This document shows positions 29,133 to 40,107 of a stretch of DNA of 64,000 nucleotides, one piece after another. The notes under the pieces are model-generated. The model saw only the letters and a list, made by a program, of their open reading frames with translations, had not been told where the DNA came from and did not search any database. Each line of letters opens with the position of its first letter. Positions within the stretch are counted from its first letter, which is position 1. Location of the stretch: positions 119,985 to 183,984 of the forward strand of contig JBPOID010000005.1 in NCBI GenBank assembly GCA_052034805.1, read 5' to 3'. Source of the DNA: Candidatus Tayloriibacteriota bacterium (GTDB taxonomy: Bacteria; Patescibacteriota; Minisyncoccia; Phycocordibacterales; PALSA-1337). The position numbers and the translations under genes are program-made.

Positions 29133-30572
29133 ATGGAAAACAATAATAATCTAAAAAATACCGGAAAACATATACATATAATAGGCGTATGTGGTGTAGC
29201 TACTAGTGCTCTCGCTATAGCCTTTCATAATAATGGCTGGAAAGTCACAGGATCTGATAAGGGGTTTTTCCCTCCGGTTTCTACTGAATTAGAAAAACAT
29301 AAAATATCCTTTTATGCGGGTTGGCATCCAGAGAATATAGGTAATCCAGATATAGTAGTTATAGGTACTGCTTCTGGTACACAGAATCCTGAAACAATAT
29401 ATATAAAAGAAAAAGGAATACCTGTTTATTCATTTGCGGAAGCAATAGGAAAATTTTTCGTAAAAGAATACTCCATAGTAGCAACAGGCACATGGGGCAA
29501 GACTTCATCATCGGCTTTACTTTCTTTTATTCTAAAAGAAGCAGGATTAGATCCATCATATATGTTCGGAGGAGTTTCCCTATCGCATGATGCTTCTGCA
29601 GAACTTACAAATAGCAAATACAGTGTTTTCGAAGGAGATGAATACAAGAGCTCACCAACAGACAATACACCGAAATTCGTATACTATAAACCTACAGATC
29701 TATTACTCACAGCGGTATCATGGGATCATGCAGACCTATACCCTACAGAAGAAAGTTATTTCAATGCATTCGAAAAGCTTATAGAGAATATACCAGAAAC
29801 AGGTTTTATCATTGCAAATAAAGATAATGAAAAAACAAAAGAATTAGTAAATAAATCTCAGAATAAAGCAGTTCAAAGCAAAACAATTTCAAAAAAAGTT
29901 ATATGGTATGGAAAAGAAAATGCAGATTATACATATAATGATATTGAACAGACACAAAAAGGTTTGGATTTCAAAATAGAAAATAAAGACAAAGAATACA
30001 AAATACATTCACCTATGATCGGTGCTTTCCAAGCAGAAAATATAACTGGCTGTTTCGCTATGGCTAGAGAATTAGGTATAGAAGAAAATACAATAATAGA
30101 AGCAATAGGAAAATTCAAAGGTTTAAAAAGAAGATTAGAGAAAAGATTAGATAGTGATATAACAGTATTCGATGATATAGCTCATTCACCAGAAAAAGCA
30201 AAATCTGTATTAGAAAATCTAAGAAAAATATATAAAGGAAAAATAATAGCCATATTTGAACCAAATATAGGAGGCAGACAAAGAGAGTCTATTCTAAAAT
30301 ACGATAATGCTTTTATGAATGCAGATACTGTTATTATTCCAAAATTAACAAAGTTGAAAATATCTGAGGACAATACAATATCCCCAATAGAAGGAGATGA
30401 ATTAGCAAAAGCTATTTCTAAAACTCATAATAATGTGAAATATATAGACAACGATGAAACATTAGTTGAAACGCTAAAGAACTGTAGTGAAACAGGAGAT
30501 ATAATAGTATTCTTGGGTTCTCACGGTTTTAGAAAAATGATAGAAGAAACAATAGAAAAAATATCAAAATAA
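29133..30572 (+). CDS. Mur ligase, Mpl/MurC-like
   Basis: HIHIIGVCG, GSD...PP.ST.L, GTWGKT, EGDEY, KFVYYKP, DHADLY, DDIAHSP, FEP; motif pattern closer to Mpl. Confidence 0.85.
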   Translation: MENNNNLKNTGKHIHIIGVCGVATSALAIAFHNNGWKVTGSDKGFFPPVSTELEKHKISFYAGWHPENIGNPDIVVIGTASGTQNPETIYIKEKGIPVYSFAEAIGKFFVKEYSIVATGTWGKTSSSALLSFILKEAGLDPSYMFGGVSLSHDASAELTNSKYSVFEGDEYKSSPTDNTPKFVYYKPTDLLLTAVSWDHADLYPTEESYFNAFEKLIENIPETGFIIANKDNEKTKELVNKSQNKAVQSKTISKKVIWYGKENADYTYNDIEQTQKGLDFKIENKDKEYKIHSPMIGAFQAENITGCFAMARELGIEENTIIEAIGKFKGLKRRLEKRLDSDITVFDDIAHSPEKAKSVLENLRKIYKGKIIAIFEPNIGGRQRESILKYDNAFMNADTVIIPKLTKLKISEDNTISPIEGDELAKAISKTHNNVKYIDNDETLVETLKNCSETGDIIVFLGSHGFRKMIEETIEKISK

Positions 30573-30579
30573 ATTAATT

Positions 30580-30744
30580 CTATTTTCCTTCATCGACAAT
30601 CTCTGTAGAAATATCGCCATCTTTAATATCTTTTACTAGCAATGTCATACCACAATGATTGCATTCTATTACCATTCCTTCGTTTATAGAAGGATACTTT
30701 GAAATATCTATATTATTCTTACATTCTGGACAAATTGATTTCAT
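30580..30744 (-). CDS. LysW-like zinc-ribbon microprotein (not in ORF track)
   Basis: MKSICPECKNNIDISKYPSINEGMVIECNHCGMTLLVKDIKDGDISTEIVDEGK; CPEC...G.VI.C..CG..L.V pattern of LysW. Confidence 0.8.
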   Translation of the reverse strand: MKSICPECKNNIDISKYPSINEGMVIECNHCGMTLLVKDIKDGDISTEIVDEGK

Positions 30745-30783
30745 ATACTTCTAATATTACCTAAAACGATGTAATATATCAAT

Positions 30784-31668
30784 ATGATAACACCACATGA
30801 AGAGTACAATGAATTAGGAAAAGCCATAGGACTTAATGGCAAATTATTTTTCAAAAGAGAAGATTTGCATCCTTTGGGATCTCATAAAGGACGTTCATTA
30901 CCTATTATGATAAATCAATACATAGATGGCGGATTTGATCATTTTGCCATATCTTCATCTGGTAATGCGGCATTAGCATCTGGATTATATGTAAAAGAAT
31001 TAAATGAAAAAAGAAATGATAATGAAAAAATCACTTTAGAAATATTAGTAGGGAAAAATATATCTTCAAAGAAATTAGATAAATTACAGAAAATAAAAGA
31101 TCAGAATATACTATTATCTATTCAAGATAGACCTTTACAAGCTTTATTCACAAAGACTCAAACCGCCAAAGTGAAAAGCTTGAGACAATCTACAGATGAT
31201 ATAGCATTAGAAGGATATCGTTTTTTGGGAGAAGAATTGATGAAAATACCTGATCTAGAAGCAATTTTTATAGGTACATCATCAGGAACTACAGCACAAG
31301 CATTGGCACAATATTTTATAGATAATAAAAAGAAAGTAGAAATAAATATGGTGCAAACTACATCATGTCATCCTATAGCAGATATATTCGATATTCATGA
31401 GGATGATAAAGAGTCATCAATAGCTGATGCGATAATAGACCGCACAGCTTTCAGAAAAAATAATTTAATTAAATTGATAAAGAAAAATGGGGGTACAGCG
31501 TGGATAGTAAAAAACGAAATAATAAAAGTGGCACAAAAGATCACAAGCGATAATACAGGTTTGAATATATCAGTTAATAGCGCATTATCTGTTACAGGAC
31601 TTATGGAAGCGATATATACTGGAAAGAACTATAAAGGATCTGTTGTATGTATGATATGTGGTGATTGA
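30784..31668 (+). CDS. Fold-type II PLP enzyme (threonine/cysteine synthase-like)
   Basis: KREDLHPLGSHKGR, SSGNA, GTSSGTT. Confidence 0.85.
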   Translation: MITPHEEYNELGKAIGLNGKLFFKREDLHPLGSHKGRSLPIMINQYIDGGFDHFAISSSGNAALASGLYVKELNEKRNDNEKITLEILVGKNISSKKLDKLQKIKDQNILLSIQDRPLQALFTKTQTAKVKSLRQSTDDIALEGYRFLGEELMKIPDLEAIFIGTSSGTTAQALAQYFIDNKKKVEINMVQTTSCHPIADIFDIHEDDKESSIADAIIDRTAFRKNNLIKLIKKNGGTAWIVKNEIIKVAQKITSDNTGLNISVNSALSVTGLMEAIYTGKNYKGSVVCMICGD

Positions 31669-32943
31669 TTATACAGATCTCACAGCCCTTACGAAATCTT
31701 CTCCACGTTCCTTTCTCGAAGAATATATACCTATAGCTTCACAACCTGGACTAAAAACTACCCTATCACCCTTTTTAGCTAATTCTAAAGCTTTTACTAC
31801 CGCTTCATCTAGATTATATACTTGATTAAAGGAAATATTTTCTATAACTTTTATATCTTCGCGCAAACATAATGTACCACTACCTGGAAGTAGAATAATA
31901 GCTTTTATGTATTGAGGTAATAGATTTATCAATAAACGATAATCATATCTAGTATATGCCCCACCGAATATTAATATTATATTTCTATCTATTGATAAAT
32001 TCTTTATAGTATTCAATGTTGCTATTGGATTTGTAGAATATGCATCATTATAAAATTCTATACCCTTTATCTTTTTTACTAATTCCATTCTACCCTTTAA
32101 ACCTGAAAAGTTCGCAAGGATTTCTTGTGATGTTTCCTTTGGTATTCGGAATAATTCACCAGCCTGTATAGTCAATGAATGATTTAGAGAATTCGTACGC
32201 AACATCTTTGCCTTTGGGGTAAATTTGCATAGATTTCTTATTGAATCTATAACATCATCAGGTGCAACTACGAAATTATTATATGTTTGATATTCCAATA
32301 TAGAGAAAGCATCTGGAGATTTCCTTTCTGCAAGAGATACAAGAGATGTTATAACGATTACATGAGGACTGATTCTAGAATTATGATATTCGCCTATTAA
32401 TTCTTCTCTGATTCTAGAGAGAACAACGTCACCAGATTTTATTTTCTTCAAATGCGCTATAGAACCATTAGTTGAATCAGAATCAATAAAAAATAATCCC
32501 TGATTTTCATAATCAATAAAAGATTTTTTCAGAATCATATATATCATACTGGATACTGTACTTTTCCCGCATGCACCGACAACACCGATAAGAGTTATAG
32601 GTGGTACAAGTTTGAAAAATAATATTTCTGAATATTCTACTGGAATACCATTAGAAATAGCCTTCTTTAAAAAAGAAGATTTCTTGGAAATATCAGAATG
32701 AATAATAATAAGATCTTTATCTATTAATTTTTCTTCTGAAATCTTGCCGAAATGATAATCCTTTAGACCAGACTTTTCTAATATAGACAAGAAGCCTCTA
32801 AGCTTATCCTTGCTACGTGTATCAAATAAAGTGATGTCCGAACCTATGCGTAAAAGGAATTTTATATCAGATATCATCTCACCATGCGGTCCTAGGCCTA
32901 TAATAGCCACCTTTTTATTCTTGAAGAAGTTTTTATAATTCAC
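31669..32943 (-). CDS. MurD-like ligase, divergent
   Basis: GACGKST, GRME, YNDAYSTNP, FGG, FSPG, ERG..F; the ELSS and DHL motifs are not evident. Confidence 0.75.
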   Translation of the reverse strand: MNYKNFFKNKKVAIIGLGPHGEMISDIKFLLRIGSDITLFDTRSKDKLRGFLSILEKSGLKDYHFGKISEEKLIDKDLIIIHSDISKKSSFLKKAISNGIPVEYSEILFFKLVPPITLIGVVGACGKSTVSSMIYMILKKSFIDYENQGLFFIDSDSTNGSIAHLKKIKSGDVVLSRIREELIGEYHNSRISPHVIVITSLVSLAERKSPDAFSILEYQTYNNFVVAPDDVIDSIRNLCKFTPKAKMLRTNSLNHSLTIQAGELFRIPKETSQEILANFSGLKGRMELVKKIKGIEFYNDAYSTNPIATLNTIKNLSIDRNIILIFGGAYTRYDYRLLINLLPQYIKAIILLPGSGTLCLREDIKVIENISFNQVYNLDEAVVKALELAKKGDRVVFSPGCEAIGIYSSRKERGEDFVRAVRSV

Positions 32944-33254
32944 TTCTCTATTATATCCCCCTTATCCGCATTTTCAATCAATTTTCTAACTTTTATCATT
33001 TCTTGCAAAAGTGCTTGAAGTTTCAAAGTATTTTCATCATCACAGAATCCTAGAGAAAAATCTTCTAATTTTTTCAAAAATAAACTGTGAATATCATTGA
33101 AATATGCTTCTAGAATCTCTATACCATTCTCCGTTATATTTCCTCCATCTCGTAATATGAAGAATTCTTGTGGTTTCAATATACCTTCGAAATACATTCT
33201 ATCATCACATATCACACCTTCTAATGAAGGAGAAATTATACTGTATGTATTCAT
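32940..33254 (-). CDS. Hypothetical protein
   Basis: 104 aa, tightly packed between radC and murD-like. Confidence 0.55.
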   Translation of the reverse strand: MNTYSIISPSLEGVICDDRMYFEGILKPQEFFILRDGGNITENGIEILEAYFNDIHSLFLKKLEDFSLGFCDDENTLKLQALLQEMIKVRKLIENADKGDIIEK

Positions 33255-33255
33255 A

Positions 33256-34008
33256 TTAATAATTTGCTTTTATACTAATAAAAGAATCCTTTGTAATAAT
33301 TACATGATCTAATATATTTATACCGATAATCTTCCCTGCTTTTATGAGTTGCTCTGTAATATTTATATCGGCTTCGCTTGGTAATAGATTTCCCGATGGA
33401 TGATTATGTGCAAGCACTATAGCAACCGAACTATACTCTATAGCAGGACGAAAGACTTCTCTAGGATGTATTAGATTTGTATTTATGGTACCAATAGAAA
33501 TAACTTCATCATGTATTATTTTATTATGACTATTCAGATATAGACCTCGCAAATGCTCTTTTGGTAAATTATGCATATCCTTTAGATATTCATAAGTATC
33601 TTTTGCATTTCTTATTACAGTAAATCCCATAGGATTCCTCTCATACAGACGTCTGCCTAATTCACCACAGGCTATAATCTGACATGCCTTTACTAGTGGT
33701 ATATTCATATTTATAGAAAGCTTTTTTGCATCTCTTTCTGCTATTATACTTTTCTCTCCATATTCTTTTATTATTCTTCCTGACATTTCCAATACATCTT
33801 CGCTTTTACTTCCTGTACCCATTATAACTGCGAGTAATTCTTGTATGGATAATATTTCAGGACCTCTGTTTATGAGTTTTTCTCTGGGTTTTGCTTCTAT
33901 GGGTAAATCTTTTATCTTTAATACATATTCTTTTAATGCATTATCGAGAATCAAATCTGAATCTTTTATATTATATTGTCTTGTATATTCTTTTATTGCT
34001 GTTGGCAT
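33256..34008 (-). CDS. radC: RadC/JAB-domain protein
   Basis: KPREKL, ELGRR, HPREVF, AHNHPSG..PSEAD, LDHVII. Confidence 0.95.
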   Translation of the reverse strand: MPTAIKEYTRQYNIKDSDLILDNALKEYVLKIKDLPIEAKPREKLINRGPEILSIQELLAVIMGTGSKSEDVLEMSGRIIKEYGEKSIIAERDAKKLSINMNIPLVKACQIIACGELGRRLYERNPMGFTVIRNAKDTYEYLKDMHNLPKEHLRGLYLNSHNKIIHDEVISIGTINTNLIHPREVFRPAIEYSSVAIVLAHNHPSGNLLPSEADINITEQLIKAGKIIGINILDHVIITKDSFISIKANY

Positions 34009-34147
34009 GTATTGTTTTTATTAAATAATAATTCTATGAATTATATATTTCATACAATGCATATCTCAATAGCGAAAAACACAAAAACTTTATTAAAATT
34101 TTATCTTTTGTGGATAACTTATAGATTTTATGGCTAACTTTGAATTG

Positions 34148-34220
34148 TGCGCGTGCTTGGGGTCGAACCAAGGACCTTTCGAGTATCAGTCGAATGCTCT
34201 ACCAGCTGAGCTACACGCGC
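34148..34220 (-). tRNA. tRNA-Ile(GAT)
   Basis: GCGCGTG acceptor; TTCGA-CTGATAC-TCGAA. Confidence 0.93.
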
Positions 34221-34280
34221 ATTTCACTTAAATTCTAGATTTCAAACTCCTTCCACTTTCGCGCCTGTAGCTACCAAAAC

Positions 34281-34304
34281 AGCTACACGCGCATTTCACT
34301 TAAA
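34281..34304 (-). repeat. Duplicate of tRNA-Ile 5' end plus leader
   Basis: 24/24 identical to 34209-34232. Confidence 0.9.
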
Positions 34305-34319
34305 ATACTTAGTATCATA

Positions 34320-34411
34320 AGCAAATAGGCTCGCCTATCTTGCGTGCGTGAGACCTTTCCTCCACTTTCGTTACGGAAAGGCTCCCGCACCGTAGGCTCG
34401 CACTATTTACT
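34320..34411 (-). repeat. Structured hairpin element, copy A
   Basis: Minus strand: AAATAG-TGCGA-GCCTA-CG-GTGCG...CGCAC-GCAAGA-TAGGC-GAGC-CTATTT. Confidence 0.8.
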
Positions 34412-34426
34412 AGTGTTTTAACAATC

Positions 34427-34524
34427 TAGAAAAATCGTGTGAGGGGCCGTGGCGGAGAACTTTTCGAGAGCGAAGCGGTCCGAAAAGTTCCTACGCCAGC
34501 AAGTGCCCCGAGCCGATTTTTCTA
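34427..34524 (+). repeat. Structured hairpin element, copy B
   Basis: AAAAATCG-TGTGA-GGGGC-CG-TGGCG...CGCCA-GCAAGT-GCCCC-GAGC-CGATTTTT. Confidence 0.8.
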
Positions 34525-34540
34525 AATCCTAATTTTCAAA

Positions 34541-34831
34541 CTACTGTTCGATAATCTTCTTTACCGCAATAAAATCACCTTCACGATCTGGTGATTCATC
34601 GAGTATTGCTTCACGATCTTCTTTCGAAATCACAGTAGAAATATCTTCACGAAAAACATTAGAAACTGCACCAGGTATAGGTGTATAGTCCATGTCTAAA
34701 GTAGCTTCTTTTATTTGATCTATATATTTCAATATAGAATCTATCTCTTTTGTTAATTCCTTTTTCTCGGAATCATCTATCTTTATACGAGATAATTCAG
34801 CTAGTTTTTCTATATCCTTTATTTCTACCAT
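34541..34831 (-). CDS. gatC: Asp/Glu-tRNA amidotransferase subunit C
   Basis: LAELSRI, ILKYIDQI, NVFRED, P..EG.FI.V..I. Confidence 0.92.
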   Translation of the reverse strand: MVEIKDIEKLAELSRIKIDDSEKKELTKEIDSILKYIDQIKEATLDMDYTPIPGAVSNVFREDISTVISKEDREAILDESPDREGDFIAVKKIIEQ

Positions 34832-34857
34832 AGAAAGAGTCTATCATAAAAGTATTT

Positions 34858-36876
<2,019 letters not shown>

Positions 36877-36932
36877 TCATAATCAGAATCAAAATTACAC
36901 TTCAAATGGTATAGGTAAATTACTTAATAAAC

Positions 36933-37466
36933 TTAATAAGTTAGACGTAGGGCTCTTTCTACTCTCTTTGGAGAACCTACTGTACATGAGCCACCATTAT
37001 TATCAGTCCAGCCAATATTATATCCCTTAGAATCAATAGTCTCTGTTAAGGCACCGTCTACTATTGCTTTTGTAACAGTTACTACAGCACAAGAATTACC
37101 ATCTAAACCTAGTTTAATATAAAATACAAAAGAACCTTCTGGATCATTTAAACTAATTGACTGAAAATTAGTCTTTACATTCGGCTCAGCACAGCCCAAT
37201 TTACTAGTATTATCTACATCAGTAGTGAAAGCTCCGTTCATTTCACCATACACAGCACATTCTATACCCCCATCAGCAGCATACAGAGCACTCGCCGAAT
37301 CTCTAGATGAAGTAGTTAATAAAAACTCTTTTTTACTAATATTCAATATAGAAATACCGATAGCCAGAACAAGGGACGAAACCAGAACAGCAAATAAAAG
37401 AGTATAACCACCATTCCCTTTTTGATTTAGATTATCTTTATTATTTTTTAAAATATAATCTATCAT
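36933..37466 (-). CDS. PilX-like minor pilin
   Basis: G|YTLLFAVL leader without E5; ALYAADGGIE. Confidence 0.8.
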   Translation of the reverse strand: MIDYILKNNKDNLNQKGNGGYTLLFAVLVSSLVLAIGISILNISKKEFLLTTSSRDSASALYAADGGIECAVYGEMNGAFTTDVDNTSKLGCAEPNVKTNFQSISLNDPEGSFVFYIKLGLDGNSCAVVTVTKAIVDGALTETIDSKGYNIGWTDNNGGSCTVGSPKRVERALRLTY

Positions 37467-38017
37467 TATTTTATTATATTAAATATCTCATCTTCATAAG
37501 TCACATCATGATCCATGCCATTATTCCATTTTACGACAACTATTAATTTTGCCTGATATATAGGATTCGAAGGATTAGCTTTTATATAGAAATATCTATA
37601 GAATTTTGTAGGTGTAGTACCCGAGGAACTAGTAGTATAACCATTATCAGAAAGATATAGTCTGCAAGTTTCCCCACTACATACAGATAGTGTAGATAAA
37701 GGATTTGAAGTATCTGTTGTTAAAGTATCTATTTTACATAGACTACTTATAGAATTACATGAATTACCAGAAGTAAGATTCTGAAGCCAATTTCTAGGTG
37801 GAGAAGCTAATACATTATTATCTCTAACACTTTTTACGAATTCCAATAGATCTTGAGCTAGATACGAAGCAGTCACCTCATCTTTCGCATATACACCAGC
37901 CATATAACCTTTCTCAGCAATAACTAAAGGTCCTGCAATAGAAATCATAAGTATAGTAATAGCTACTAATGTCTCTATTATGGTGAATCCTTTATTTTTT
38001 GAAATAATATTATTCAT
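37466..38017 (-). CDS. PilV-like minor pilin (start reassigned)
   Basis: KG|FTIIETLVAI; A.YLAQ..LE....RD. Confidence 0.85.
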   Translation of the reverse strand: MNNIISKNKGFTIIETLVAITILMISIAGPLVIAEKGYMAGVYAKDEVTASYLAQDLLEFVKSVRDNNVLASPPRNWLQNLTSGNSCNSISSLCKIDTLTTDTSNPLSTLSVCSGETCRLYLSDNGYTTSSSGTTPTKFYRYFYIKANPSNPIYQAKLIVVVKWNNGMDHDVTYEDEIFNIIK

Positions 38018-38021
38018 AGTT

Positions 38022-38672
38022 TTAATCAGAAACACGTTGAGAAATACCAGTTTGTAAATCAAAAGCGGTTTTCGTTCTCTCTTTTTTACCTATAGTTCCG
38101 ACAAAATGAAACTGAACAAAAGGTACGGCATAAATATTGGTAGTGTCTCTGGTAATCTTCATAGTAGCTTTAGAGAAAGTAATACTGCCATCATTAGAGA
38201 TAACTGGAAAGAAATAATAGGGACTAGGGTATGGAGCTATCAATCCATCACAAGATGATTGTTCTGCTTTGTATATTGATTCATTACTAAAACTATATGC
38301 ATGTATAAGTCTACATTTTTTACCAGAACCATCTGTTCTATTTGCCGTTTTTGGTGAATAGAAATATATAGACCAATTATCAGTAAAAGAATTAGTTGTG
38401 CAATTAGGTGCCGGAAGATCTGTATTAGCTGATACAGCATAATAACCTGATGGACAATAAAAATTCGTACCCGTCCTAAGTTCACGAGATATAGAATCCA
38501 TAACAAAGTTCATATTTGCTATAGAATCCTTTAATGTATGAGATTTTGTATTCAAATCTATTATTTTCAAGAATGCACCAATAGCAACTAAGGATACAAT
38601 CATAAAAATAGCTATTGAAACAATCATTTCTACCAAAGTAAATCCTTTATTTTTAATAGAATTATTTTTCAT
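38022..38672 (-). CDS. PilW/GspJ-like minor pilin
   Basis: KG|FTLVEMIVSI; ISRELR. Confidence 0.85.
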   Translation of the reverse strand: MKNNSIKNKGFTLVEMIVSIAIFMIVSLVAIGAFLKIIDLNTKSHTLKDSIANMNFVMDSISRELRTGTNFYCPSGYYAVSANTDLPAPNCTTNSFTDNWSIYFYSPKTANRTDGSGKKCRLIHAYSFSNESIYKAEQSSCDGLIAPYPSPYYFFPVISNDGSITFSKATMKITRDTTNIYAVPFVQFHFVGTIGKKERTKTAFDLQTGISQRVSD

Positions 38673-38675
38673 ATT

Positions 38676-39299
38676 CTATTTCATAACAGTTATTTGTCCA
38701 ACACTTGAAACCTTTATCATTTTGAGATTTGCAGAATCATTACCTGATCTTAATGATATTATAGCTGAATTAGTCCTAGCGGGAGCACCACCAGAAGTCC
38801 AAACTGCTAATATTACAGCATCTGGATCTGGTCTTTTATAAGTAATATCTAAACTATTCATAGTCAAATTATTATCGCAGAAACCTGTAGTACCTACAGC
38901 ACATATTCTATCTATAACGAATCCCCTTTTAAAGGTGGATACCGATATTTTCTCATCTGTAGGAGAACTATCATAAGATTGATTATTATTCAGATCAGCA
39001 AAAAATATCATATTGTTATTATTTGGAGATACAGCACTAAAATGTACACCATAAGCAGTATTAAATTGATCAGAATAATTCGAATCACTAGTTGGAAGAC
39101 TTTTTACATTTAATCCGTATGATTGAGCATTACGTATAGTAAGAGCTACATCATAAGCAAGATTTGTTAATAGAACACCTTGATTAAAGCTTCCATATTT
39201 TGCCACCAGGAAAGCAGTGAGAAATGCAAAAATAGCTATTGAAATAACCATTTCTAGAAGTGTAAAACCTTTTATTTTTTTATTATTATTTATTTTCAT
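38676..39299 (-). CDS. FimT/GspH-like minor pilin
   Basis: KG|FTLLEMVISI; IRNAQ, YGVHF, C-terminal GQI. Confidence 0.85.
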   Translation of the reverse strand: MKINNNKKIKGFTLLEMVISIAIFAFLTAFLVAKYGSFNQGVLLTNLAYDVALTIRNAQSYGLNVKSLPTSDSNYSDQFNTAYGVHFSAVSPNNNNMIFFADLNNNQSYDSSPTDEKISVSTFKRGFVIDRICAVGTTGFCDNNLTMNSLDITYKRPDPDAVILAVWTSGGAPARTNSAIISLRSGNDSANLKMIKVSSVGQITVMK

Positions 39300-40087
39300 T
39301 ATTGAAGAAATAAATTACCAAAATCTATAACCTGTATATTGAAAAATAATACCAAATACATACCTAATACAAGATACGGACCAAAAGGTATTTCATATTT
39401 TGATTTAAATTTTCTCATAGTAATAAACATCCATAAAACACTTATTACAGCTCCTATCCAGAAAGCCAATACAACAGCTGATAAAGCATTCATTAATCCT
39501 AGAGTCCATCCTATACCTAATACAAGTTTAGCATCACCCAAACCCATCCATTCACCTTTAGAGAATAACCATAGCAAAGCAAATGGCAAAGCGATAATAG
39601 GTCCAGATAATAAAGAAGTAATAGAAGGCATAATAAACGCTAATTCTGGAGAAATAAATAATTTCACAAATGCTATAGCTGAAAATGTATATACTAGAAT
39701 ATCTGGTATTATTTTATGTCTTATATCATAAACAGTAATAACTATAAGCAATGAAGTTATAAGTAAATAAAAGAAAGTAATAAAACTAGATTGTATAGAT
39801 ACAGGAGGAAAGAAATAAAAAATAAGTATAAATAATAGACCAGAAATAGTCTCTATGAGTGGATACTGCCAAGATATTTTACTTTTACACTTTCTACATT
39901 TCCCCATTTGGAATAGAAAGCTAAATAAAGGAACAAGCTCAGACCACGTTAATGTTTTGCTACAAGAAAAACATTTCGATCTACCACCCAGTGTAAGCCC
40001 AGTATTAAAGCGGAATATCACCACATTCAAAAAGCTACCTATAATAGTACCCAGTATGAAAGAAAAAATAAGGAAAATACTATTCAT
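39299..40087 (-). CDS. pilD: Prepilin peptidase
   Basis: GSFLNVVIFR, RSKC..C, GKCRKC, GLGDAKL, IPFGPYL. Confidence 0.95.
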   Translation of the reverse strand: MNSIFLIFSFILGTIIGSFLNVVIFRFNTGLTLGGRSKCFSCSKTLTWSELVPLFSFLFQMGKCRKCKSKISWQYPLIETISGLLFILIFYFFPPVSIQSSFITFFYLLITSLLIVITVYDIRHKIIPDILVYTFSAIAFVKLFISPELAFIMPSITSLLSGPIIALPFALLWLFSKGEWMGLGDAKLVLGIGWTLGLMNALSAVVLAFWIGAVISVLWMFITMRKFKSKYEIPFGPYLVLGMYLVLFFNIQVIDFGNLFLQ

Positions 40088-40107
40088 TTTGTTTATTTAA
40101 AATAATA

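Noticed and set aside
34109-34117. Replication origin
   Set aside because: Isolated DnaA-box matches only; no cluster and no dnaA/dnaN nearby
34320-34524. Hairpins as integron attC sites or CRISPR repeats
   Set aside because: No RYYYAAC/GTTRRRY ends, no regular repeat-spacer period, and no integrase or cas genes in the window
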